From the NCBI GenBank assembly GCA_002403075.1, contig DHHB01000012.1, positions 13,767 to 77,766 on the forward strand: a stretch of 64,000 nt of DNA, given 5' to 3'. The stretch is from a bacterium UBP1_UBA4783 (lineage in GTDB: Bacteria > Krumholzibacteriota > Krumholzibacteriia > Krumholzibacteriales > Krumholzibacteriaceae). The translations under genes were made by a program, and so were the position numbers. Below, one piece after another: positions 1 to 9,000 of this stretch. Under the pieces are notes generated by a model. The model saw only the letters and a list, made by a program, of their open reading frames with translations. It was not told where the DNA came from and ran no database searches. The number at the start of each line of letters is the position of its first letter. Within the stretch, counting starts at the first letter, position 1.

Positions 1-12
1 TCCGAGGCGGCT

Positions 13-534
13 ATGGAGAGGCCGTCCGCACGAAGGAGGGGCGCAGTGGATTTCGGAGGGGATCTTTCCGTTCTGGAGCCGTCGCTCGTCTTTCAGGTCG
101 TCAATATGGCGGGGATCACGGGCGAGCTCAAGTTCGTGACTCCCGAGAACGTGGCGAGCTTCTATTTCAAGACGGGCGAGCTCATCTACGCGACGATCGA
201 CACGCGAAAGAAGAAACTCGGCGAGTTTCTCGTCGAGAAGGGCTGGATCACGCGAGGGCAGCTCGAAACCGTGCTGAGCGAGAGCCTCACCGCGAAGCGA
301 TGCGGCCGCATCGGCCACAGCCTCATCGCGCACAGCTATCTCGATTACGAGACGCTCGTGGCGGCCGTGAGCGAGCAGATCAAGGAAGTCGTGTACGAGG
401 TGCTCGCGTGGAAACGGGGCCAGTTTCTGCTCATGAAGGGCGTCCTGCCGAAAGACGAGGACATCCTTCTCGACGTCAAGCTCGATTACCTCATCCTCGA
501 GGGGCTCAAGCGCATCGATGAAGCCGATGAATGA
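13..534 (+). CDS. DUF4388 (PatA-like) domain protein
   Basis: 173-aa ORF with a good protein-like composition. The N-terminal LSVLEPSLVFQVVNMAGITGELKF segment is typical of the DUF4388 family. GAGG lies 5 nt upstream of the ATG. Confidence 0.6.
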   Translation: MERPSARRRGAVDFGGDLSVLEPSLVFQVVNMAGITGELKFVTPENVASFYFKTGELIYATIDTRKKKLGEFLVEKGWITRGQLETVLSESLTAKRCGRIGHSLIAHSYLDYETLVAAVSEQIKEVVYEVLAWKRGQFLLMKGVLPKDEDILLDVKLDYLILEGLKRIDEADE

Positions 535-1429
535 GGAACGCGCGTGCGCCGGCGCGCTCTCTCAAACGGCGGTCATCGCCGCGCTCGCCCTCGCGTTCGT
601 CTCGCACGCCGCTCCCGCTCACGGCCGCTTCGATCGGACGGCGCTCACCGCGCGGTCGGCCGCCGCCGGAGGAGCGACGGTTTCATGCGCGGACGGAATC
701 GACGCGATGTTCGTGAACCCCGCAGGTCTCGCATCCGTCGGCGGCCTCGAGGCCTACGCCGATTACGCCGAGGCCGGCCTGCCGGCGTTTTCCCGCGAAA
801 CGCGTCTCGCTCTCGGCGGCGGCGCCGGGTTCGCGAGCTTCGGCGTCGGCTGGTACCGGCTCGCCGGGGACGCCGCCGGAGAGGATTTCATCGCCGCGGG
901 CGCCGCGCGAACGGTCGTCTCGGGCACGCAGGGATCGTACATCGCGATCGGAGCCTCCGCCGTCGCCGGCAGGGCGGCCGCGTCGGCGCCGGAACCTCCA
1001 AGCGAAAACGAATGGACGCCGGTCGGGGCCGACATCGGCGTCATCGTCCGGCCGCTTCCCGTCGTCTCGTTCGGCTACGCGGCGGGAAACGTCTTCGACC
1101 GGGATGCGGATGCCGGGGATTCCGGGGGATGGGGGAGAACGGTCCGATGGGGCTTCTCCTATTACTGGGAGAACGCCGTCACGCTGTCGTTCGCGCGGAG
1201 CGCCTCCGGCGGAGAGACGGCGCAGCATTTTGGGATCGTCGCCCGCACCGCGGTTCCGGTCGAGCTCATCTTCGGCCTCTCGAACGGCAAGGCGTCGGGC
1301 GGCGTGCGCTGGACCGGCCGGCGGCTGCGGGCCTGCGTCGCCTTCGTCCCCGGAGAGGTTTCGGGCGCGACGTGGATGATTTCATGCGAGGGAACGCTCA
1401 AACCCTCGCGGGAGGCCGAATGGCGGTGA
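518..1429 (+). CDS. PorV/FadL-like outer-membrane beta-barrel protein
   Basis: Signal-peptide-like N-terminus (ALALAFVSHAAPAHG). ADG..AMFVNPAGLA motif matches the N-terminal signature of the PorV/FadL-like family. Gly/Ala-rich alternating pattern consistent with a beta-barrel. Overlaps the next gene by 10 nt. Confidence 0.55.
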   Translation: MKPMNEERACAGALSQTAVIAALALAFVSHAAPAHGRFDRTALTARSAAAGGATVSCADGIDAMFVNPAGLASVGGLEAYADYAEAGLPAFSRETRLALGGGAGFASFGVGWYRLAGDAAGEDFIAAGAARTVVSGTQGSYIAIGASAVAGRAAASAPEPPSENEWTPVGADIGVIVRPLPVVSFGYAAGNVFDRDADAGDSGGWGRTVRWGFSYYWENAVTLSFARSASGGETAQHFGIVARTAVPVELIFGLSNGKASGGVRWTGRRLRACVAFVPGEVSGATWMISCEGTLKPSREAEWR

Positions 1430-2946
1430 GGCGGCGCACGCGGAAGGTCGCACGGGATGCCGGCCGTCTCGCGGCCGCGTTTCTCGCGCTGAGCGCCGCT
1501 CCCGGCGCCGCGCGCGCCGGAGAGCCGGATTCGCTCGCCCGCTTCGTCTGGGGCGCCGCCTACGCGCCGAGGCTCGAGATCGTCCGGACGTCGGCCGCGT
1601 TCCCGTGGAACGACGAGGAGACCGTCTCGCACCTCGCCGACCGGCTCGCCGTGTTCGGAGAAGCGCGGGCCGGGTCGGGCATCGCCGTGTTTCTCAAGGG
1701 CGCGGCGGGAAGGCGTCTCGAGGGATGGGGGCGGGAAAACCGTTTCATGCTCGATCAGGGGCATGCCTCCTTCTCTCTTTTCGGAGAGTCGATCGCCGGA
1801 TGGCTCTTTCTGCGCGAGAGGCTCTTTCGAACCGATCACCGCCTCATGAAGATCGTCTCCGACGAGGCTCCGTTTCTCGAGGGGAGGGGGGATGGGTTGT
1901 CCCTGGGCGCCCGCGTCGGGCGGAGCGTGCGGATCCGATACCTCGAGACCGCCTTGAGAGACCACGCGGAGATCGAGCGGACGGGAGGGTTGCCCCTCCT
2001 TCGCCGCGGCTGCGACGTGTTCCGTTCGCTGCGCTTCGAAGCGGCTCGCCGCGGCCGTTTCCGCGCGGGAGCGCTTCTCTCGCAGGTTCGTTCTCTCTCG
2101 GCGGGGGACGCCGTCACGGTCGGCGTCGATGTCGAGGCGCGCTCCGGCGAGGTCGCTCTCGTCGCCGAGCTCTATCGATCGCAGCCCGGCGGATGGGACG
2201 ATCTCGGCGGCGCGTCGCTCTTCGACCTCGATTTCGGGAGGTTCGAGCTCGCCGCGCCTTCCCGCGTTCTCTCCGAGAACGGCGCCTTCCACGTCGAGAT
2301 CGAGGGGCTCGCGCTCGGCGGCGAGCGGCTCGGATCGGCCGGCGTCGTGCCGAGCTACCGGTTCGCGGGAGCCGCGTTCGCGAATCCGCAGGGCGAGATC
2401 GTTCCGGGCGCCGACGAGACGGGACTCCTCGTCTGGTGGCGGCCGCCTCGAAGCGACGCCCTTCTCTCGATCGATGCCGTCGACGGCAGCAGGGCCGGCG
2501 ACGCCTACCGGCGTATCGCCGGGGAGGCGAGACTGCGGTATCGCGGCGGCTTCGAGATCTCGAACCGCGTCATCGCGGCGGAAGGCGAGCGGCCCTCTCT
2601 CGTCGTATCGCTCGCGAGCGACGTCGGACTCTCGCGAACGCTTCTCGCCGCGCGGATCGACGATTTCGGAGACGTGAACGACGTCGCCTTGTTCGCCGAG
2701 AGCTCCATCAGGCTCACCGGAACCGTGACGGCGGGAGGTGCGCTGTATCTTTTCGAATCGCGCACGAGCCGGTACCGCGTCGGATTCGAGTTCCGGCCGC
2801 GCGGGCGATTCCTGCTGACCGTCGCGGGGGGCTCCTTCGCGCCCGGCTTCGAGGCCGCGGCGATGCGTTTCGGCGATGAGCCGCTCGCGCCTCCGGAAGA
2901 CCGGTCGATCGTCGTTTCCGGGCGTTTCGCGCTGGGAGGCATGTGA
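1420..2946 (+). CDS. secreted hypothetical protein
   Basis: ATG at 1420 overlaps the upstream stop (ATGGCGGTGA). Signal peptide MAVRRRTRKVARDAGRLAAAFLALSAAPGAARA. The downstream 508 aa have normal composition. The 5' part of the long ORF (544-1419) is Arg-rich junk overlapping the previous gene. Confidence 0.55.
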   Translation: MAVRRRTRKVARDAGRLAAAFLALSAAPGAARAGEPDSLARFVWGAAYAPRLEIVRTSAAFPWNDEETVSHLADRLAVFGEARAGSGIAVFLKGAAGRRLEGWGRENRFMLDQGHASFSLFGESIAGWLFLRERLFRTDHRLMKIVSDEAPFLEGRGDGLSLGARVGRSVRIRYLETALRDHAEIERTGGLPLLRRGCDVFRSLRFEAARRGRFRAGALLSQVRSLSAGDAVTVGVDVEARSGEVALVAELYRSQPGGWDDLGGASLFDLDFGRFELAAPSRVLSENGAFHVEIEGLALGGERLGSAGVVPSYRFAGAAFANPQGEIVPGADETGLLVWWRPPRSDALLSIDAVDGSRAGDAYRRIAGEARLRYRGGFEISNRVIAAEGERPSLVVSLASDVGLSRTLLAARIDDFGDVNDVALFAESSIRLTGTVTAGGALYLFESRTSRYRVGFEFRPRGRFLLTVAGGSFAPGFEAAAMRFGDEPLAPPEDRSIVVSGRFALGGM

Positions 2947-4880
2947 TGGCCGCGGGGGCGTTCCGCGCGTTTGCGATAGCGGCCGTTCTCGCCGCTCTCC
3001 GTCCGGTGCCGGCCGCCTCGTCGGTCGCCGTCGACGAGGAGGAGGTCGTCTTCCGTTTCTCGGCGTCAAGGGCGGAGCGGGTCTATCTCGTCGGGGACTT
3101 CAACGGATGGAATCCGACGATCGACCTTATGACGGAGAGCGGCGGACGCTTCGAGATCCGCCTCTACCTCGTGCCCGGTTCGTACCGCTACCGCTTCATC
3201 GCGGACGGCGTTTCGACGCGGGACCCCGAGAATCCGTGCGGCGACGCTGAGGGAAACTCGTGTTTCACGCTCGTCGAAATCCCGGACGGGCTCGAGGTGT
3301 ATCTCAGCGCCGACTCGCCGGCGGAGCGAGTCCGCAAGCGGGAGCGGATCGACGCGTCCGCGACGATCCGTGTCGACGTCCGCCCGGCCGAAACGGCCCT
3401 TCTCGGCGGCGCCCGGATCGCGGGAGCGGTCGACGAAAGAGCGAGGGTGGATTGGCTCGTCGGGCTCGAGGCCCGCGCGCGAAACGACGAGGATCCGCGC
3501 GGCGCTTCGTACCTCGCACGGGGAGAGGCGTCCTACGAACTCGGCGGCCGGACGATCAGTTTCTTCAATAGATCGGCGGGCGCGCTTATCGAGGACGGCG
3601 CGTCGTTTCCCCTCTTCGGTCTCGTTGGGCCCTACTCCTATCCTGTCGGCCTCATGAGCCGGGGCGCCGGCTTCGACGGGAAGCTCGTCGGCGGGCTCCT
3701 CGCGGGGATCGTGTACGCGAGCCGGATCGAAGGATACCGCTCGGGGCTCGAGGGAGGGATGTCGCCGGAAGACTCGACGGCGCGTCGGGATCGGCTCGAC
3801 GCGGATGCTCTCGGTCTTCGCATCGGAACGAAGATCGGCCCCGCGGTTCTGCACGCTCTCGCCCGGTACGACACGCGGCCGGTTTCGGGGCAGTGGCGCT
3901 CGCCCGAAAACGGCGGGATCGCGTATCTCGGCCACGAGAGGGTCGGGATGTGGGGCGGGCGGATGGAGCTGCGGGGAGGCGGCTATATCGTGGACGGCGC
4001 GTTTCTGCTCGGGCGCAGCGACCGGATCGCCTCGGCCGCGCGGCCCGCGTCGGTCGATACGTTCGAGGTTTCGACGTTCGAGCGCGAGTGGGAGCGCGGA
4101 TACCGGTTCGCCGCGGGCGTGTCCCGCAACGGCGCCCATGTGGGCGCGCGCGCGGCCGTCGAGAGAACGACGATCGACGAGCTCGCCGCCGCCGGCCCCG
4201 TTCATACGAAGGACGAGGTGTCCGCTCGGTTCTCGTACGACGAGGGGCCGTTCTCGGCGAGCCTCGCCGGGGCGATCGAGATCTACGGATCTTCCGGCGC
4301 GGGAGACCGCTTCCTGCTCTCGTCGGAGAACTTCTGGCTCGACGGAGACCGCGTGACGTTCGATCGCATTCCGTTTCTTTCCGCGCGCGAGGTGCGCGAG
4401 ATCCGGCTCGCCGTCGCGTGGCGGCGAGAGCCCGTCGACGGGCTCCCATGGGGCGCCGGATCGGCGTTCGAGCTCCTGAGACGGTCGGGCTCCGGCGACT
4501 ATTCTCCGCTCGTCTTCGAAGCGCGGTTTTCGAACGGGACGCGCATCCATTCCCGGGCCGCGCTGATCCTCGACATGCGCGGCGCGTCCTATCGCCACGG
4601 AGACGCGCGAGGGGAGTTCATCGAGGCGTTTCTCGGTGTGCACGCGGCGATCGCCCCCTCGTGCTGGTGTCTCGTCGGATGCGGCGTCAACCCGTACGCG
4701 TTCGACCGCTGGCTGTACGATTACGCCGAATGGGGACGCGAGCGCTATCTCGAGGATCGCAACGTTTTCGGCGTGCTGGCGGCGCGGGGCGAGCGGGCCG
4801 CCGTGAGAAGGCTGCTCGACGCCGAGGAGGCGCTCGCCGACGACTGGCTCGTAACGGTGCAAGCGGGTTTTACATTCTAG
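2943..4880 (+). CDS. CBM48 (AMPK-beta glycogen-binding-like) domain fused to large beta-barrel-like outer-membrane domain
   Basis: GTG/ATG start overlaps the upstream stop. Signal peptide. The N-terminal VFRFSASRAERVYLVGDFNGWNP...YRYRFIADG matches the CBM48/AMPK1_CBM fold motif. The following ~550 aa have Gly/Tyr/Arg-rich beta-strand character. Confidence 0.6.
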   Translation: MMAAGAFRAFAIAAVLAALRPVPAASSVAVDEEEVVFRFSASRAERVYLVGDFNGWNPTIDLMTESGGRFEIRLYLVPGSYRYRFIADGVSTRDPENPCGDAEGNSCFTLVEIPDGLEVYLSADSPAERVRKRERIDASATIRVDVRPAETALLGGARIAGAVDERARVDWLVGLEARARNDEDPRGASYLARGEASYELGGRTISFFNRSAGALIEDGASFPLFGLVGPYSYPVGLMSRGAGFDGKLVGGLLAGIVYASRIEGYRSGLEGGMSPEDSTARRDRLDADALGLRIGTKIGPAVLHALARYDTRPVSGQWRSPENGGIAYLGHERVGMWGGRMELRGGGYIVDGAFLLGRSDRIASAARPASVDTFEVSTFEREWERGYRFAAGVSRNGAHVGARAAVERTTIDELAAAGPVHTKDEVSARFSYDEGPFSASLAGAIEIYGSSGAGDRFLLSSENFWLDGDRVTFDRIPFLSAREVREIRLAVAWRREPVDGLPWGAGSAFELLRRSGSGDYSPLVFEARFSNGTRIHSRAALILDMRGASYRHGDARGEFIEAFLGVHAAIAPSCWCLVGCGVNPYAFDRWLYDYAEWGRERYLEDRNVFGVLAARGERAAVRRLLDAEEALADDWLVTVQAGFTF

Positions 4881-4903
4881 GCCCGCGGGAGTATTATCGC
4901 GCC

Positions 4904-5311
4904 ATGCGAAAGATCCTCTCGATCCCGTCGGCCGTCGGAGCGCTCGTCGCCGCTCTCGGGACGATAGCCTCGTGCGGCGGCCTGCTCGAGAACCGCGTCG
5001 CCTCGCCGGTCGTGTCGGGGGACGAAGTCACTTTTCGACTGAAGAGCCCGTCGGCGCGCACGGTCCAGATCGCCGGCGATTGGCCGGGCAACAACTGGGC
5101 GCGCGGCGACGCGGAAGCGGGAGAGGTGCTCGTCGGACTCATGCGGGGCGGGGCCGAGAGCGGCGTCTGGGAGGTGACGGTGCGTCTCGAGCCGGGACGT
5201 TACCGGTATCGATTTCTCGTGAACGAATCCGTTTGGCTTTTCGATCCGGACAATCCGCGGATCGTGGACGACGGGAGAGGGGGGAAGGCAAACCTGCTCA
5301 TCGTGCCGTAA
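4904..5311 (+). CDS. CBM48 domain lipoprotein
   Basis: ATG with a lipoprotein-type signal (LGTIASCGG). EVTFRLKSPSARTVQIAGDWPGNNW...YRYRFLVNESVWLFDPDNP matches the CBM48 motif. Confidence 0.65.
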   Translation: MRKILSIPSAVGALVAALGTIASCGGLLENRVASPVVSGDEVTFRLKSPSARTVQIAGDWPGNNWARGDAEAGEVLVGLMRGGAESGVWEVTVRLEPGRYRYRFLVNESVWLFDPDNPRIVDDGRGGKANLLIVP

Positions 5312-5314
5312 AGC

Positions 5315-5707
5315 ATGAAACACATGTGGACGAGATCGTTTCTCGCTTTCCTTTTTTGTGTCGCGGCGATCGTTCCCGCCTGCGGTCCCGGTTTCTCGGG
5401 GATCGAGGGCGGACGGGGGGCGGCGGGACCCGAGCGCGCGGAGGGCGGGATCCGTTTCAGCCTTCATCACCCTAAGGCGAAGAAAGTGGCTATCGCCGGA
5501 GATTTCAACGGGTGGTCGCCGACCGCCGATCGGCTCTTCGACCGCGAAGACAAGGGGCTCTGGTCGATCGTTCTTCCGCTTCCGCCCGGCCGGTACGAAT
5601 ACAAGTTCGTGGTCGACGGGGAAAAATGGATCCCGGATCCCGGGAATCCCGAGCGTGAGAAAGACGGCTTCGGGGGGTACAACTCCGTGGCGGTGATAGC
5701 TCCCTAA
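5315..5707 (+). CDS. CBM48 domain lipoprotein
   Basis: Starts 4 nt after the previous stop. Lipobox (IVPACGPG). IRFSLHHPKAKKVAIAGDFNGWSP...YEYKFVVDGEKWIPDPGNP matches the CBM48 motif. Confidence 0.7.
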   Translation: MKHMWTRSFLAFLFCVAAIVPACGPGFSGIEGGRGAAGPERAEGGIRFSLHHPKAKKVAIAGDFNGWSPTADRLFDREDKGLWSIVLPLPPGRYEYKFVVDGEKWIPDPGNPEREKDGFGGYNSVAVIAP

Positions 5708-5797
5708 CGGGCCCGAGCGGACTATCGTTCACAGTGGAACGGAGCCGCGGCGAAACGGGTATTGCAGATTGCTATGGAGTTTGCTATTTTCAGCTTG

Positions 5798-5803
5798 TAT
5801 AAT
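5798..5803 (+). promoter_or_regulatory. perfect -10 hexamer TATAAT inside a 380-bp AT-rich island upstream of the giant gene
   Basis: cttgTATAATaag. The -35 is poor. The surrounding 5708-6090 is the only strongly AT-rich stretch in the first 37 kb. Confidence 0.3.
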
Positions 5804-6090
5804 AAGTTACGCCAAGGCGCCGGCGGTCCTCGAATACCGTTCGCGGGTCAAGTCCCCGGAAATAGCGAGGGAACGACGCTCGAGCCGATCCAAAGAGAAT
5901 ATTGTAATCAATTAATTTAAAAGTCGTTACGTCACAAGAGGGGGGAGATTTTCGGCCGTCCGCCAATCGCCCGCTTGAGAGGAGCGGGAATTTGTCATAG
6001 CCTCTCGTGTGGCGGCGGTTGGTTGGCATGCACTTTGCGGTATTGATTCTGAACCATTTTCAGACCTCGGTCGGGAGCCGTATTCGAGAC

Positions 6091-9000
6091 ATGAACAAGC
6101 GATCGAACATTCGCCCCGCGGCGCTCGTATTCGGGCTTTTCATCTGCATGCTCGCGGCCGCCGGCGCCCAGGCGGGGCCGGGATCGGGCGCGGCTTCGAT
6201 CGCCCCTTCCGCCGCTGTCGCGGCGGGCTCGGCCGGCACATGGACGATCACATACACCGCCGCCGAGACCTTCGTCGCGGGAACGATCGAAATCGAGATT
6301 CCGGATGGCTGGAGCGCCCCGCAGTTATCGAACTCCTCCGCGCGCGGCTTCGTTACGGCGTCGTCGATGGGGACGCTCGGGACGCCGGCATTGTCGATCA
6401 GCGGAAGAAACATCGTCGTTTCCGTCGCCGCCCTCGAGGTGAACCAGACGGTCGATGTCGTGTACGGAGACGCGTCGATCCATCAGAGCGGCGCCGCGGT
6501 CGCGCAAAGCAACCCCCAAACCGGAGTCCAGTTTCTCGTGCGGTCGGATTCGAACGGCCCGGGCAGGATGCCGATCGCCTCGTCCCCCCGGATCGACATC
6601 GTCGCGATTATCGCGGCGCAACTTGTATTCGTCACGCCTCCGCGCGTCTTTCCCGCGGACGGCGAGAGCGGCGCGATCGGGCTCGCGACGCTCGACGAGT
6701 TCGGGAGCCCCTCGCCGGTCGAGGCGGATTTGCGCATTCACCTCGCTTCGAGCGCGCCGACCGGACGTTTCTCCGCCGCTCCCGGGGCGGGTTTTTCGGA
6801 GACGGATACGGTGACGATCCTGGCGGGGACCGATACGGCGTTCTTCTACTATCGTGACCCCGTCGCCGGAATAAAGACGATCACCGCGTCCGCGGTGGAA
6901 CAGGGCTGGATCGATCCGCAGCAGACGGTCACCGTCGAGCCGGGCGAGCCGTTCAGGCTCCGGGCGGTTCCGGCCGATACGCTCGCGATCGCCGGCGAAT
7001 ACGTCCGGTATCGCCTGCGGATCGAGGATTCTCTCGGCAACCCGAGCACAGCCTCGAGCAGCCAAACGATATCGCTCTTCGGACAGCCGGGGAGCTTCTA
7101 CGCGACCGCCGATCACTCGACCCCGATCTCGCAGATCGTCATCCCGGCCGGCGTATCCTCGATATCGCTCGATTACCGGAATACCGTCAAAGCGCTCAGC
7201 ACGCCGTATATTCTCGGTTTCTTCGATCAGGACGGGACGCCGCCGACGCTCGAGGCGGCTTCGGCCTCGATCTACATCGATCACGCCGCCTACAGTCCGG
7301 TCGCTTCGGACGTCGGTTCCGCCGATCCGCTCGCGGTCGCGGACGGCGCCGACCCGGTCCCCCTCGTCGCGTACGTCCGAGACGCGTTTTTCAACGGCGT
7401 CGACGGCGCGACGGTGGTGTTCATGGCGACGGGCTCGGGCAACTCGATCTCGCAGCCCGGCGGCGTGACCGGCTCCAACGGCCGCGCGAACGGTTCGATG
7501 ACGTCCACGGTCGCCGGGCAGAAGACGGTCACCGCGCACGTCGGCGGCGTGTATATCGATCATAGCGTCGTCGCGACCTTCGTCGCGGGTCCGTTCGATC
7601 CGTCGGTGTCGGACGTCGCGGTGGACAAGAGTGTCGCGGCGGCGGACGGAGCGGACTCGATCTCGGTGACGGTGACGGTTCGGGACGCCGAGGGGAACGC
7701 GATAACGGGGAGCGTGGTGACGCTCGAGTGCACGGGGAGCGGGAACGCGATCCGACAGCCGGTGGGTGCGACGGGTGCGGACGGGACGGCGAGGGGGAGC
7801 GTCGTATCGACGACGGCGGAGGCGAAGACGATCCGGGCGCGAGCGAACGGTCTGTACCTCGCGGAGCAGGCTGCGGTGACCTTCGTCGCGGGTCCGTTCG
7901 ATCCCGACAACTCCACGGTGGCGATCGACAAGACGACGATCGTCGCGAACGGAGTCGACGCGGGGATCGTGACGGTGACGGTTCGGGACGCGAGCGGCAA
8001 TCCGGTGTCCGGAAGGACCGTTACGATCGAATGTTCGGGCGGCGACAATGCGATTCAGCAGCCGGCCGTTCCGACGGGAGCCGACGGTCGCGCGGTCGGA
8101 AGCGTGGCGTCGACGCGAGCGGAGTCGAAAACGGTCGCGGCCCGCGTCGACGGGGTTCTTGTGACGGAAACGGCGCCGGCGATCTTCGTCGCCGGTCCGT
8201 TCGACGCGAACGTTTCGAATCTCGAGGTCGACAAGACGACGATCGTCGCGGACGGCGTCGATTCGGTTCTCGTGACGGCGACCGTCAGAGACGCCAACGG
8301 GAATCCGATCGCGGGCAGGGCCGTGACGATCGAATGCAACGGAACGGGAAACACGATCCGGCAGCCGGCCGGCGCGACGGACGCTCTCGGCCGGGCCGTG
8401 GGAAGCGTGAAATCCTCCGTCGCGGCGGGGAAGACGATCACGGCGCGGGTGGACGCTCTGTATCTCGCGGACGCGGTTCCGGTCGTTTTCGTCGCGGGTC
8501 CCTTCGATCCGTCGGTATCGGGTCTCGGCGTCGACAAAACGACGATAACGGCGGACGGCGCGGATTCCGTGCTCGTAACCGTCACCGCGAGGGACGCCCT
8601 CGGAAATCCGATTTCGGGAAGAACCGTGGCGATCGAGTGCACGGGGAGCGGGAACGCGATCCATCAGCCCGTCGGGTTCACCGGCGCCGACGGCCGCGCG
8701 GTCGGAAGCGTGAAATCGACCGTGGCCGAGGCGAAGACGATCCGAGGCCGCGTCGACGGGGCGCTCGTCGCGGCGGCGGCCGCGGTGAGCTTCGTGCCGG
8801 GGCCGTTCGATCCGGGCGTTTCAGAAATTCAAGTCGACAAGACGACCATCATCGCGGACGGGGTGGACGCGGTGTCCGTGACGGTGCGCGTGCGCGACGC
8901 CGACGCGAATCCGATCGCGGGCGCGCTCGTCGCCATAGAATGTTCGGGGAGCGGGAACGTGATTACGCAGCCCGTCGGCGTGACGGGCGCGGACGGCCGC

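Noticed and set aside
544-1419. 5' 292 codons of table ORF 544..2946
   Set aside because: This part is Arg-rich junk overlapping the PorV-like gene in another frame. The real protein starts at ATG 1420 with a signal peptide and a start/stop overlap.
1162-3069. 635-aa minus-strand ORF
   Set aside because: The translation is Arg/Pro/Glu-rich low complexity with no hydrophobic core. It is fully antisense to well-supported + strand genes and is a typical shadow ORF of 70% GC DNA.
6007-6090. GTG start at 6007 for the giant gene
   Set aside because: ATG 6091 yields a canonical signal peptide (MNKRSNIRPAALVFGLFICMLAAAGAQA) with GGGAG 13 nt upstream. The 28 extra residues from 6007 are non-signal-like.
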